DNA of 47,319 bases from Octopus bimaculoides (Eukaryota): assembly GCF_001194135.2 (NCBI RefSeq), contig NC_068988.1:2019020-2066338 (forward strand), written 5' to 3'. This document shows, in pieces, positions 1-12,519 of the stretch (its first letter is position 1; every line of letters starts with the position of its first letter). Position numbers and translations under genes: made by a program. The notes beneath the pieces are model-generated. The model was given only the letters and a program-made list of their open reading frames with translations, did not search any database and was not told where the DNA came from.

Positions 1-41
<41 letters not shown>
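1..41. repeat. (TA)n microsatellite
   Basis: Pure TA run at the window start. Confidence 0.95.
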
Positions 42-45
<4 letters not shown>

Positions 46-569
46 GAGTTTGTGTGTGTAATTATATATACATATGTATATATTTTCATGTGTTTTTAAG
101 AATGATTCACCAATTTTCTTTGATTTTTCTATTTTTTTTTTTTGTTCCATTTGCTGCTGGAATTCTTTTATTCCTGATTCTATCCAAACTACTGTATGGT
201 AACATTCAATTCCACTTTGCCACGACTAGAATGGTAATATGGTAATATACAGTGACATTTCCTACTACAACCCAAGAAAAAGGCCTTCAGTGGCGTGTTT
301 CGCCAGCTTCTATTTCAATTCTGTTTTAGTTAAGTGTAAATGTATTTAACCTTCTACCTGTTGCTATGAAACTGGTAAGAGAATATGTCGAAAGGGGGGG
401 AAAAAGGGGACCTCACACAATCACATGAATTTTTCATACTGAACCTATGCCATTGATTTGATTCTCAGGTCTGTGCTCTTTTTGTCCTGCTTAAATGCAT
501 AGCATTTGAGAAAAAAATGTTTATGTGTGTGCATGTGTGTACGTGCATGCATATACATATATTGATACC

Positions 570-641
570 TATCTATATCTATCTATCTGTCTGTCTATCT
601 ACCTATCTATCCGTCTGTCTGTCTTTCTATCTCTCTATCCA

Positions 642-698
<57 letters not shown>

Positions 699-1119
699 NN
701 NNNNNNNNNNNNNNNNNNNNNNNNNNNNNNNNNNNNNNNNNNNNNNNNNNNNNNNNNNNNNNNNNNNNNNNNNNNNNNNNNNNNNNNNNNNNNNNNNNNN
801 NNNNNNNNNNNNNNNNNNNNNNNNNNNNNNNNNNNNNNNNNNNNNNNNNNNNNNNNNNNNNNNNNNNNNNNNNNNNNNNNNNNNNNNNNNNNNNNNNNNN
901 NNNNNNNNNNNNNNNNNNNNNNNNNNNNNNNNNNNNNNNNNNNNNNNNNNNNNNNNNNNNNNNNNNNNNNNNNNNNNNNNNNNNNNNNNNNNNNNNNNNN
1001 NNNNNNNNNNNNNNNNNNNNNNNNNNNNNNNNNNNNNNNNNNNNNNNNNNNNNNNNNNNNNNNNATTTTCTGTATTTAGCCCTGTGTGGCTATAATAAAA
1101 AGATATCTATCTATCTATA

Positions 1120-1178
<59 letters not shown>

Positions 1179-1180
1179 AC
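570..1180. repeat. Compound (TCTA)n/(TC)n/(TATC)n microsatellite spanning assembly gap 699-1064
   Basis: Directly visible; N-run flanked by simple repeats. Confidence 0.9.
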
Positions 1181-1242
1181 ATATCAAAAGTAAGTACCAT
1201 TTTAACCCCAGGCAGATCTTCTGCTAGCTGGTTGTAGATGCA

Positions 1243-1383
1243 AGCTAGCAGAAGCGTTAGCATACTGGATGAAATGCTTAGCAGTATTTCATCTTTTCAG
1301 GGTCGACAAATTAAGTACCAGTTGCATACTGAGGTCGATCTAATCAAGTGGCTTTCCCCATCTCTAAATATCTTGGGCCTTGT
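1243..1383 (+). mobile_element. tRNA-derived SINE, family 'B' (my label), internally deleted
   Basis: Aligns by eye to the full copy at 27779-27990 but lacks ~52 bp including the B box; CpGs are decayed to TG/CA. Confidence 0.8.
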
Positions 1384-1497
1384 TCATCATCATCGTCATC
1401 ATCGTCGTTTAACGTCCGCTTTCCATGCTAGCATGGATTGGATGATTCCACTGAGGACTGGTGCAACCAGATGGCTACACCAGGCTCCAATCTGATT
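1384..1497 (-). mobile_element. RTE-type retroposon 3' end with (ATG)n tail
   Basis: catcatcgtcgtttaacgtccgctttccatgctagcatgg; related sequence recurs at 3115-3345 and 15705-15960, each time next to (CAT)n. Confidence 0.6.
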
Positions 1498-1523
1498 CTA
1501 GAGTAGAAAAAAAGATATATATA

Positions 1524-1880
1524 GGCGCAAGAGTGGCTGTGTGGTAAGTATAGGCACTGGAGTGGCTGTGTGGTAAGAAGCTTACTTACCAACCATATGG
1601 TTCTGGGTTCAGTCCCACTGCATGGCACCTTGGGCAAGTGCCTTCTACTATAGCCTCAGGCGGACCAAAGCCTTGTGAGTGGATTTGGTAGGCGGAAACT
1701 GAAAGAAGCCTGTCGTATATATGTATGTATATATATATGTATGTGTGTGTATATGTTTGTGTGTTTGTGTTTGTCCCCCCAACATCGCTTGACAACCGAT
1801 GCTGGTGTGTTCCACCGGGGTTGACTTTGCCTTGCATCCTTTTGGGGTCGATAAAAGAAGTACCAGTTGCGTACTCCCCA
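1524..1880 (+). mobile_element. tRNA-derived SINE family 'A' with duplicated 5' head and family-B 3' segment
   Basis: A-box-like gtggctgtgtggtaag occurs twice (heads at 1524 and 1553); B-box-like ggttcagtccc; internal (TA/TG)n; from 1812 the sequence matches the family-B body. Confidence 0.8.
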
Positions 1881-2060
1881 TTCTGAAGTAAGCCATGCTC
1901 TGCTGACTCATCGACATGCTCCACCTACAGTTGGGCCATGTGCTCTCGCCTTAAGAAACACTACTCAATGCTACCACTTAGTTTGCTAGAAATAGCAGCC
2001 AAATCTTTCTCTAATTACTGCCTTGTGTGTTAAAAGCAGAAAGGACACTTTGGGTAGTTT
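1880..2060 (+). repeat. Unclassified interspersed repeat; second copy at ~9830-10010 ends in (AAC)n
   Basis: Shared core gctagaaatag...caaatc...tcttaaa..aaa at ~1985 and ~9855. Confidence 0.5.
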
Positions 2061-2139
2061 AGTAACAGACGTATCAAAAGACAGGACAATAATGGATGGA
2101 TCATGTTTGCTCAATCAGGACTGATCATTCAGCTGACAT

Positions 2140-2440
2140 CACCACCAATATCACCATCAGCAGCAGCAGTGACAAGAACAATAAAACAACAACAGCTGCA
2201 GCAGCAGCAGCAGTAGCAGCCACAACAGTAGCAGCAAGTAGCACCACCGCCACCACCGCCACTGCTGCTGCTATCGCAATGACGATGATGATGACGATGA
2301 TGACGACGACCATCACCATCACCACCACCACCACCACCACCACCACCACCACTAACACCTTGTTGCTGCAGCCACCATCATGACAACGACCACCACCACC
2401 ACAACAACAACACCCACAAGAACAACAACAAAATCAACAG
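2140..2440. repeat. Mosaic trinucleotide array (CAG/CAC/CAA/GAT)
   Basis: Directly visible. Confidence 0.9.
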
Positions 2441-2849
2441 TAAGTGAGTCTACACTATATGCAGTGCGTTGAGTGCATTTGGTAAAGTAAAGCAATAAAT
2501 GGCAGAAGGAAGCAGAACAGAGACAAAAGAGTATTCAATGTGGAGAAAATTGTCAAAAGTTGGAATTGTGAAGAATTTCAATTGGAAAGCAAAGAAATGT
2601 AATGAGATAATTGCTCAAGAAACATAAGAAAGTCTGAGAACATTTCCATCCTTTGTGATTTCATCATGGAATGTGAGTAATTAGAACATAAATGACACAG
2701 TGCTCTGTGGAATGGTAACCGAAGAAACACGGGAGAAAATTGAGAAAATGTGAAATATTTAATATTACAATATGAGACTTTGGAATCAGGATCTGGGAAC
2801 CAAAACGGATGGAGAAGAGAAAGATCAGAATGTCAGTAAGGAATCGTGA

Positions 2850-3345
2850 ATATCATCATTATCATTGTCATCATCACCATCATTTTTGTCATCATCGTTA
2901 TTGTCTTTGTCAGTGTTGTTGTCGTCATCATCATCATCACCATCATCATCATTGCTATCATCGTTATCATCATCTCTGTCATTATCATCATCATCATCAC
3001 CATTGTCATTATCATCATCATCATCACCACTATCATCATCAATATCACTCCCCCACCATCAACAACATTGTCGTCATCATCGTTGTCGTCATCATCACCA
3101 TCATCATCATCATCATCATTTTAACATTCATTTTTCCATGCTGTCATGAGTTGAACAGAATTTTCTGAAGTGGATTTTCTACAGCCAGATGCCTTTCCTG
3201 TCACCTGCCCTCACCTGCTTCCAATTTAGTTAATGTTGCTAATATTTCTCCATGGCCAGATATGTTTTCCTGGGAGATTGGAAACAAAGGAAAATGCCTG
3301 CATGATGTTTACAGCAATTATGCAAAGACAAGGGAAAGAGACAGT
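2850..3345 (-). mobile_element. RTE-type 3' end (3121-3345) with an expanded, degenerate (ATG)n tail (2850-3120)
   Basis: ttaacattcatttttccatgctgtcatgagttg... is homologous to 1405-1440 and directly abuts ~270 bp of CAT-type repeat. Confidence 0.6.
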
Positions 3346-3508
3346 AACACACACACACATGTACATACACAGACACACACAGACATACACATGCACACAC
3401 TCATACACATGCACACACAGACACACAGACTCACACATGCACACACTCTCTCACACACACTCACATACATTGACACACATATACTCACACACTCACAAAC
3501 ACATACAT
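3346..3508. repeat. Degenerate (CA)n
   Basis: Directly visible. Confidence 0.9.
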
Positions 3509-3514
3509 GTGTAG

Positions 3515-3830
3515 CAGTATTTTGCTAAATTCTTTATATTCTGAGTTCAAATCCCACCTAAGATTTGAACTCATTCTTCCTGGGGCTCATATAATAGACT
3601 GGCCCCTGGCAAAGTGCTAACTTTGTGACTAAATCATAAATTATAAATTAAGGGTTGTTGAATGGTTGAATCATGAGAAAATTTGTAGTTAAACCATTTG
3701 GAAAAATACCTTGCAGTACTTGCCCTGACTCCTTACATTCTGAGTTCAATCCCTGCAAAGGTCAACTTTTCCATCTCTCCTGAGTTGATTAAATAAAAAT
3801 ATCAAGTATCAAAAGACCCCTTCCTCTTAA
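3515..3830 (+). mobile_element. Two old family-B SINE fragments
   Basis: attctgagttcaaatccc (~3540) and attctgagttcaatccctgcaaaggtcaacttt (~3738) match the family-B B-box region. Confidence 0.55.
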
Positions 3831-4219
3831 AATTGCTTGCTTTTTAACTCTCCTCACTCATTCTTGCACCAAACTGCAGTCAGCAATTGCAGTGGCTCTA
3901 ATCATAATAACAGGTGCAGTTATTCTTCTTTCAACGAGAAGTATTAAGTCTGCATTTGTAAACTTGGTGCCATACCAGTTCTCTTCAAGGAATACTACTC
4001 CCTCGTATTATCACCTAGTTGCAGTTGCCACACTAATTGCCAGCAATTACGGTGGTACTAATCACAACAACAACAGCAGTTACATTTCTTTTTCCATCAA
4101 ACATTAAGTCCAAATTTATGTGGTTGGTGCCTTTACCAATTCTCTTTAAGAATTTCTATACCACTGTCTGTTGATTTGAAATAGTAATTTATGTAAAGAT
4201 AATCTCTAATACATTTTTC

Positions 4220-4259
4220 CTTCCTTCCATGTATATAGGTGTATGTATGTATATATGTA

Positions 4260-4309
<50 letters not shown>

Positions 4310-4400
4310 CATATACATACACACATACATACATACACACATACATACATACACACATATACCCTTCAATATATATATACATACACACACATACACCTCA
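4220..4400. repeat. (TA)n/(CATA)n compound microsatellite
   Basis: Directly visible. Confidence 0.9.
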
Positions 4401-5309
4401 ACTTGAATAATACATCTATGTGCAGTTTCAAAAGTTCTTTTTTTTTTCCCATGTATTACCCACAAAGAAACCATTCTCTACAAATACATTCTTTTGTTTT
4501 CTTGGCTACAAAAATTCGAGGATGTTATCTTCTCTTTCATTTTCTTTTTCTTTTGTTTTCTCTTTTTGTTCTCATCATTTTTGATCATTATCATTTTTCC
4601 TCAAGATCTTCTTTTCTTATCATGGTTGTGAGAGGATTAGGAAAGTTGATTCTATTTCTTTTCCTTTTCTGCTGTAACTAAACATTAGTTTTTCTGTTTG
4701 TCTGTATTCTTGGATGTTGTTGTTCCAGGAACTTAGTTTTATCATCCTTAGGATTTTGATCGTTAGTATTTTTCATTCTTAGACATTTCCATTCTTTACT
4801 TTGATGGTGTCTCTTTCTTAAAAGCCATTCATAGATCAAAACAATTAAAAACGACCATTCCTATAAGCATTTCCATGTTCTAAGATTCCGCTACAGAGAT
4901 GTATTCAAGAACAACCAAAGTACTGTAGCTACAATTCATGAGGTGTATGTTCAAAATTAATAAACACATCACCGATAGTTTAAATACATAAACATATACA
5001 TACATGGTGGCTGCAAACTCGTATTCAAGTATTGCCATTGCCTGATCAAAAGTCCCACACATGCAAAGGCTACAACCAGCTATTTTTGTGATATGACTTA
5101 CTTTTTCAAGCGATGCCTGTGTATTTTTTTTTTATAGTGGAGACAGGATTTGCACAAAACTAATCCCACTCTCTGAACATGGACAACATAAACTCGTAAA
5201 GAAGAATTAGTCTACATCATCGAATATTGTCAGAGTCGCAGGTTTTGTTCTCAGAGTTTCCCCTCTCTTAGACAGATGTTGTGACAACAAAACTGAAGTA
5301 AATTCTACA

Positions 5310-5830
5310 TAACCATAAAATCATTAAGAGCAGCAAACAACATTGAAGAATATTTTCACCAATGCCAAACTACTCTGTAGATAAAGGGACACAAGAGTCG
5401 TAAAATGTGGTCACCCTAATTGCAGAACATGTCCCAATCTGCTGGAAGGATCAGAATTCCATTTCAGACAAGTGCAAATATTCAATATCAAATCTAACAT
5501 AACTTGCACCTCCCAAAATCTCATTTACGTAATCAGACGTTCGGGCTGCCATTGGAACTATATTGGCTCAACAGGAAATTTGATCTGAAAGAGATGTACG
5601 GTCCACAGACAACAAATTTTCTCCCCACAATATCGCCAAATATACTTCAATCAACACATTGATGAATGTACAGAACCATTACAACAACAATTCGTAATCT
5701 TTCTATTTTATCAACTTGCCTTCTGGACCTCAACATAAGTAAGCCTGAATAAAGAAGCCACATTTATCCAAAAATATAAACCAGAATTAAATATGAACCC
5801 ATATTAAAAATAAAGGACTTACGCCATCTA
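5310..5830 (+). mobile_element. Penelope-like element ORF C-terminus (Cys-rich linker + GIY-YIG endonuclease), inactivated; Neptune-like
   Basis: Hand translation: VKCGHPNCRTC...NITCTSQNLIYVIRRSGCHWNYIGSTGNLI*KRCTVHRQQI...HIDEC...FIQKYKPELN. LIY...YIG and the Cys-rich linker match PLE endonucleases; in-frame stops are present. Confidence 0.85.
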
Positions 5831-6149
5831 ATGTAAGATATAAACCAGAATATAATAGAGAACACAAAGAAACAAAAAAAATTAAATTACAGATTCACCA
5901 CCCCTTTACTGCAAAATAAATGAGTGAAGAATTATCTCTGCTAGCATATATATTTTTCCCCTAGCAATTTATCTTTTTCAACTGTCAACTTGATGAGCAA
6001 TGCGAGTCTGGTCCTTCCTTCAGTCATATTGCAAGAACAAAACCTTATTTTGTAAAATATCTTTATGATCATGGCTCTAATGTACTCTTGAATCCAGTAA
6101 AACAAATCTTCTGTGTTTTTCCATCTTTTCTCTTTCTATACATACATAA

Positions 6150-6156
6150 ACATATA

Positions 6157-6209
<53 letters not shown>

Positions 6210-6383
6210 GTGTGCCTTATAATTTAACACACCTGTAAAATTTCCACTTATTTCTTTTTTTATTTTTATTTTTAAGTGGAAACTTTACCGGTGAGTGTTT
6301 TAAATGACTCTCCTCAGACACAACAAAATATGCTTCAACCTACGAACTCACATAACAAATCTTACAAACCAAATCTATAAACG

Positions 6384-6430
<47 letters not shown>
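6150..6430. repeat. (CA)n and (TA)n microsatellites
   Basis: Directly visible at ~6160-6210 and ~6385-6430. Confidence 0.9.
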
Positions 6431-6431
<1 letters not shown>

Positions 6432-6502
6432 TGCTATACTTTGGGATAGCCATATCTTGCCAGTTAAACGTATGTACTATATATTTGGCCTTCATTTTAG
6501 CT

Positions 6503-6850
6503 TTATTACCTCTGCCTTCAGTCATGTTTGTTTGTTTGTTAGTTAGTTTGTCCATGGACAAGATATCTCAAGAATCACTGAATGGATTCGGATGAAACTT
6601 TCAGGATGTTTGACCTCAGGACTGGTATGACCTGATTAGAGTTTGGGATCGATCTGGTACTGCACAAGGATTCTGGATTATTTAAAAAAAAATTTTTTTT
6701 TTACTTAACTTTTGAGAGCAGTCGGATTCATTTTTAGTATTCTCATTTGTGAGAGCAGCTGAGTTTATTTCAGATATTCTCATTTTAAGAATCATCTCTG
6801 ATCTTGCAGGTGGGAGCTCAGTTAGAATTTTCTTCAGGTCGAGCAGCCAT
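6503..6850 (+). mobile_element. Probable Helentron-associated (DINE-1/HINE-like) non-autonomous element
   Basis: Begins ttattacctctgcc, followed by a (GTTT)n microsatellite and gatatctcaagaatc...gatgaaactt, resembling DINE-1-like architecture (recalled, not searched); 3' terminus unclear. Confidence 0.45.
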
Positions 6851-6886
6851 GTATGTATGTATGCATGTGTATAATATACATACATG

Positions 6887-7047
6887 ACAAGCTTCTTTCA
6901 GTCTCCATCTACCAACTCCACACACACAAAGATTTGATTGGCCCAGGGTTATAGTAGAAGACACTTATCTAAGGTATCACACAGTGGGACTGAACACAAA
7001 ACCCCCAAACAAAATGTAAAGTTCTTAACCACGCATCCATGCCTAGA
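6887..7047 (-). mobile_element. Family-A SINE 5' portion
   Basis: Reverse-complement match to 1553-1715 (gggactgaac, agaagacactt, tttcagt.tcc.tctacca). Confidence 0.75.
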
Positions 7048-7899
7048 CATCTATAAATTTGTGGCCATGTTTCAATGAATGAAATCCTTATCAAAATCAT
7101 GTTTAATGCTTGGGGCAAATTTATGATTGCAGCTTGTTTATTTTGAAAGTTGAATGAATGCTGTTCTTGGTGATGTCATCTTCTACTGTAGTTCTGCTAC
7201 CTTTCACCAAAATCAACTCTGTTTCTAAAATTAATTATTCTAGTATTCAAATAATATGAGATTATTTTTAATTAGTTAGCATGCAGCCTTATCTCTGCAA
7301 TAAAAATGATTTAAAATTTAATGTCTTAAAGTAATAAACACAAATTAATATAAATTGAAGCAGAAGAACTAAACGTAACCCTATTTGTTGATTCGGTAAA
7401 AAAACCTTTCCAAATTGATCATCATATTACACGATTTGAAAGTGAAAGCTAATGTCATTATATTGCGTTTTTACAAGTTATAGAAATTGTTTATATAAAC
7501 ATCAGTATTAAGAATTAGTTCTTCAGAAGTTGATATAGAATCTAATTATGATATAGATATTAAATAGATTTTCATTCTTTTTATTTATTTAACCAATTGA
7601 AAAAACCTCTTCGAATATAAATTCTATTTCCTTCAATAGCAAACAGGAAGTGAAAGCAAGTGATGTTGAATTCCTAGACAAGCTATTTACCATCAACATC
7701 TTGAAAAGTACTCTTGAGAAACACCTCGGTATATTTCTTTCAGTTTTTGAAATTCTCAAAACACACAACTTATTGTATGTTAAAAATTCCAAATACCTAA
7801 AAGCACTTACATACCAAAAGGGGGGAAAAAAACAACATATTAAAAAAAAAAGAAAGATCTTGTTAATTTAATTCCTTATTATTATTATTTTCATTTTTA

Positions 7900-8320
7900 A
7901 TGGAAAAAATATTGGAAAACAAATTTCAAAAATTAGATATTTTCTTTCAAATTCTCTTGAGAATAGATTTTATTAATTGATCTCCGAGTATGTTGAAGAG
8001 CTTAAAAAGTAAGAAGAAAAGCCAAATTCCAAAGGTATCCTTCATTGCCATTGGCATAAACAATTATGCATGAACAATTGATTATTATGAAAATGTTCAT
8101 AATAAGCAGTGCTAAATAATGCCATGCAAGTTATCTCCTGAAAATGCTCCTCCAAACAAGACAATTACTTCTTCTTTTGACACAATCATCTTGGCTTGGT
8201 TGAAACTCATAACTTCTCAAATTGATTCCGACAATGTGACATGTCCACTTATCACCAGCGCAACACAGATTCCCACTTCTTCAGACAAACGAAACTATAT
8301 CCGATGAAAGGAAATATTGC
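7900..8320 (+). pseudogene. Possible decayed SGNH-esterase-like LINE ORF1 fragment
   Basis: Interrupted translation ...PKVSFIAIGINNY... (SGNH block III-like) and a downstream HFFRQTKLYP (DxxHP-like). Motif-level resemblance only. Confidence 0.25.
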
Positions 8321-8389
8321 TTTTATTTAGTCAAATGGAAGACAAATATTCTCACTGAATCTTATTTATTGGAACCAAGAAGATATGTA

Positions 8390-8605
8390 TGAAATGTATA
8401 TGTGTGTGTGTGTATAGTGTGTTTAGTGTGTACATAATGTGTGTGGATAATGCGTGCATATGTGCGTTTGTGTGTGTGTGTGTGTATGTGTGTGTGAGTG
8501 TGTGCGTTTGCAAGCATATAGGCTTATGTTCACATAAGCCTATATGTCTGGTTTAGACACAGAAGCATATATATATACACATGCATAAACCACACAGAAT
8601 ATGAA

Positions 8606-8636
<31 letters not shown>

Positions 8637-8821
8637 ATGTATTGATATACATATATACATACAAATGCATATAAGAATATATATACATATATATACATAT
8701 ATGCAGATATACGGCCTGCAGATACATACATAAACACACAAACACACATGTATAGAGAAAAATATGCATATGTACATATACATATATGTATATGTACATA
8801 TGCACATATGTATATATATAT

Positions 8822-8889
<68 letters not shown>

Positions 8890-8890
8890 G

Positions 8891-8923
<33 letters not shown>

Positions 8924-9376
8924 ATCATGTTTTCTAACTTTACTCTATTTCCTTTGCTGAGATATATATTGAATTAAACAGCTCATCTGTACTTGTACAG
9001 TAGGAAGAAAGTTTCCATGTCACATCTCATCTTCTGATTGCATGCATATGTACATGTATGGTTTTGTATGTATGTGTGTGTGTGTGCGTGTATGTGGTTC
9101 AATAGAAGCCTATGCACACCCGACTTTCATATACACAGACATATATATGTATTTATATATGTATATATATGTATGTGTGTGTATATATATTCATATGGAT
9201 GATATAACATTGCATCAAACGTTATCATCCACGTAGCGGCTGTCAATATGTGATTATTTTTAATGTGATGAGACTGATGTACAGATAATAACCATATGGT
9301 TCTTGACAGAATTATATATTGGCATATGCTTATAGCTGTATGTCTGTGTGTGTGTGTCGATCACCATCATCATCAC

Positions 9377-9422
<46 letters not shown>

Positions 9423-9530
9423 TTCATCATCAACAGTAACATTATTATTGTGGCTATCGTCACCACCTCTTTCACCAATGCTATCATTATTTTTGCCTTC
9501 CTCGTTCATCATCATTATAATCAACATTGC
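8390..9530. repeat. Block of compound microsatellites (TG, TAAA, TA, CA, CAT)
   Basis: Directly visible. Confidence 0.9.
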
Positions 9531-10372
9531 AATTATGAATGGCTTACTAATTAGTGTTTTACGTCACACCAGGAAGCGTTCAATCACACAATGACTATTC
9601 GGATGTATTTGATATCTTTTAAACTGCTTTGTTTTCTAAAGATATCAGTATATATGCATAGATATAAGACATATACATGGATATAACACAAGTGACTACA
9701 AATGTGATACGTTGTAACTCTGATAGCAACATCCTTAAACTTTACTCCAGCCTAAAACCAAACGATCTTCTATTACTAACACACCAACACATTTATAGGT
9801 TTTGACGTGTTCATGGTAGGAACCAATAAAGACCTATATGTGGTAACCCTGCCTGCTAGAAATAGTAGGAAGAGTTCTGCAAATCACACTCTTCTATCTT
9901 AAAGAAAATAATGATGTATTAACCGACCAATGTAGTTCTAGGGTGAAATACTTTTGACTATAAATCTGTTCAGCAAGGGCTGACCTGAGGTTAAACAACA
10001 ACAACAACATCAAAACACATCGTGTTTCTCTCTGAGACATAAGTCTTTCTCTCTTCATCCTTAGTTCCATGTCTGTTACACTTTGAATTCAAACTTCCCA
10101 ATCGAAGTGTACTTCGAAAGTATACTCCCCCCCCCACACTCTTTCTCTCTCTTAATTTATTTTATCAACCCTGAAAGGATAAGTTGGTCTGGTCAGGATT
10201 TGAACTCAGAATGTAAAGAGTTGGAAGAAATACTTCCAAATATTTTGCCCGATGAGCTAATGATTCTCTTCACTCATTTCGATAATTGCAACACAATCTT
10301 TCAGTTCTTCAGGTTAAAAATTATTCCTTCTACATTACTCTGAATTCTTTTACTGCCTCTCTCTAGCTTTCT

Positions 10373-10594
10373 TATTTCTTTATTGCCCACAAGGGGCTAA
10401 ACATAGAGGGGACAAACAAGGACAGACAAAGGGATTAAGTCGATTACATCGACCCCAGTGCGTAACTGGAACTTAATTTTTCGACCCCGAAAGAATGAAA
10501 GGCAAAGTCGACCTTGGCAGAATTTGAACTCAAAACGTAACGGCAGACGAAATACCGCTAAGCATTTCGCCCGCTGAGCTAACGATTCTGCCAG
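10373..10594 (-). mobile_element. Young family-B SINE with 14-bp TSD
   Basis: TSD ctctctagctttct at 10359-10372 and 10595-10608; CpGs retained; an older degenerate copy lies at ~10155-10290. Confidence 0.92.
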
Positions 10595-10779
10595 CTCTCT
10601 AGCTTTCTGATATACTCCAGCCATTAAAAAAATATGTTTGCTGGCTCATATTCTTGACCAACACACAACATATTCTTGACCAACACACTTACACTCCAAA
10701 CACTTTTAATCTTGTTTTCACCTTCAAACTTACCTTTAGCAAATCTATCATTAATTGCCCCCACCCTGCCAAGTATGGC

Positions 10780-11190
10780 ACCTTAGAAACTGAACCAGAG
10801 TGGCTTCTATGACTTCTTTAACCTGTACACCATTTACCAGTGGTACAATATTGCAATAGTTTTGATAAACAATAAACTCACCGGCACAATCTGGCCATGG
10901 GTTTCACCAAACACCATTCATAGCTGAGAGTTTTATGCATCCCATAGCTTGGCTATGTTATCCACAGTGCCATTTTTAGAAATCTCTGGCAACTGCTTTC
11001 ATGAGTTGTTTCAAAGTTCATCACAGGTAAATACACCTTGAAGTTAGCTGTCACACCTTCATTCACTGGTAGCAACAAAACTGTGTCTGTGAGGATATAT
11101 TTTAACTCTCTCATCATCAGAAAGATAATATAAGACTATTTGGAGATGCCTGGTGCAGAATCTAAAATGGGTGCTGCTCTGTTGGAAATA
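10780..11190 (-). mobile_element. Tigger/pogo DDE transposase remnant
   Basis: Frameshifted translation LDSAPG...LLLPVNE/GVTANFKVYL...TLKQLMKAV...VDNIAKLWDA...MNGVW*NPWPDC matches the pogo LDNAPGH/QPMDQGVI.NFK/MNG.WKKLWP motifs. Confidence 0.7.
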
Positions 11191-11389
11191 GAATGTCAGG
11201 CAGTTTACCATTCTGTGATAAGGCAAAAAAGTTTATAAACTAGTTGTAGCAAAGTTTTATAATCATCCAAGCGTTCTTATTTGAACTCCAACTTACAAGC
11301 ACAATAGAATTAGGTTATATTTTGGAACCTCTTGCAATTGGGGAGTTTCATTGTTCTAAGAATGGCAAAAAGTGGTTCGTTTTTCTGCT

Positions 11390-12409
11390 TTAGACACTAA
11401 AATGGAAATGTCAAAGTGAAAATAGCGTTTGATTAAAGTTCTCATTGGTGAAGAAACTTTCCTCCTGCGGGTCAAAATGTCATCAACACCAAATATGACA
11501 TCATCACCACTGTGATACTGCTTCCCAGAAAAGTGTTTTGTCAATGTTGGGGACACAGATGGTAGTCAGATGAGCCCAAATCAGGAGAACATGGAGGCTG
11601 GTCAACCAGTTCAAAGCCACAGTTACAAAGCAGCTATTGAAACCAAGGATTTGTGCACTGGAACATTGTCCTGTTGGAAAAAAAAGACCCCTGTCATCAA
11701 TTTTCCAGGGTGTTTGCTCCTGGTAGTCTTTTGTAACTGCCTCAGCAAGTACTCTCCTGTCATGTTGTGGCCCTTCTGAAGAGAGTCAATAAACAAAATG
11801 CCTTTTGCATCCAAAATCCTGAGGCCATCACTTACCCTACGGAGAAAATTACTTTGTTCTTCTTTGGAGCAAGTGAGGAGAGGTGTTTCCACTGCATGGA
11901 TTGTCTCTTTGTCTCTGGCTCAAAGTGATGAACCCAACACTCCATCCTGGCTTAGGATACACGTTCAAGGAAACCAACTGGATCTGCCCCAAACAATGTC
12001 AAATTTTCCTGTGAAGGGATCAGCTTGGTGTGCTTTTGACCAGGGTGTCAGAAGATGTGGCACCCACTGAGCAGGAACGCTCATCATGCCAAGTTCATAG
12101 TGCAGAATATTCTCAACTCTCTCACAGAATTGTATCGGTTATTTGATTTATGGTCAATCGCCTGACAACCATCACCATGTGGTGAACATGATCAATGTTT
12201 TACCTTGATGGTGACGGCTGCTGGATGTTCAGACCTTTGGCCATCTTCAAGACCCTCTATTCTTCTCCTTAATTCAACTGCTCACTTTTGGACTGTTGAT
12301 AGAGCTGTGGCGCATTCTCCCTTGACGTAACAATCATGGCAGCATGAATGTCCTTGGGGCCTATCCCCTTTTTCTGCAGGTACTTTCTAACCTCATGAAT
12401 TTTGTCCAT
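11390..12409 (-). mobile_element. mariner (irritans-like) transposase pseudogene, near full length
   Basis: Start MDKI at 12409; WVP-like motif (ttcctgctcagtgggtgcc reverse complement); DAKGILFIDSLQKG; FQQDNVPVHKSLV; many stops and frameshifts; TIRs not recognisable. Confidence 0.9.
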
Positions 12410-12519
12410 TTTCTAAACATTACTGGTTTGTGGACTGCTGTCATCACATGTAGACCAGGTGAAACAATTGCTTGAGTCTGTTATGAAGATTGAGCTAGAG
12501 TCTTTCATTGGCTGGGTAA

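Noticed and set aside
2096-3168. Poly-A/T/H/I ORFs
   Set aside because: Artefacts of stop-free CAG/CAC/CAT repeats.
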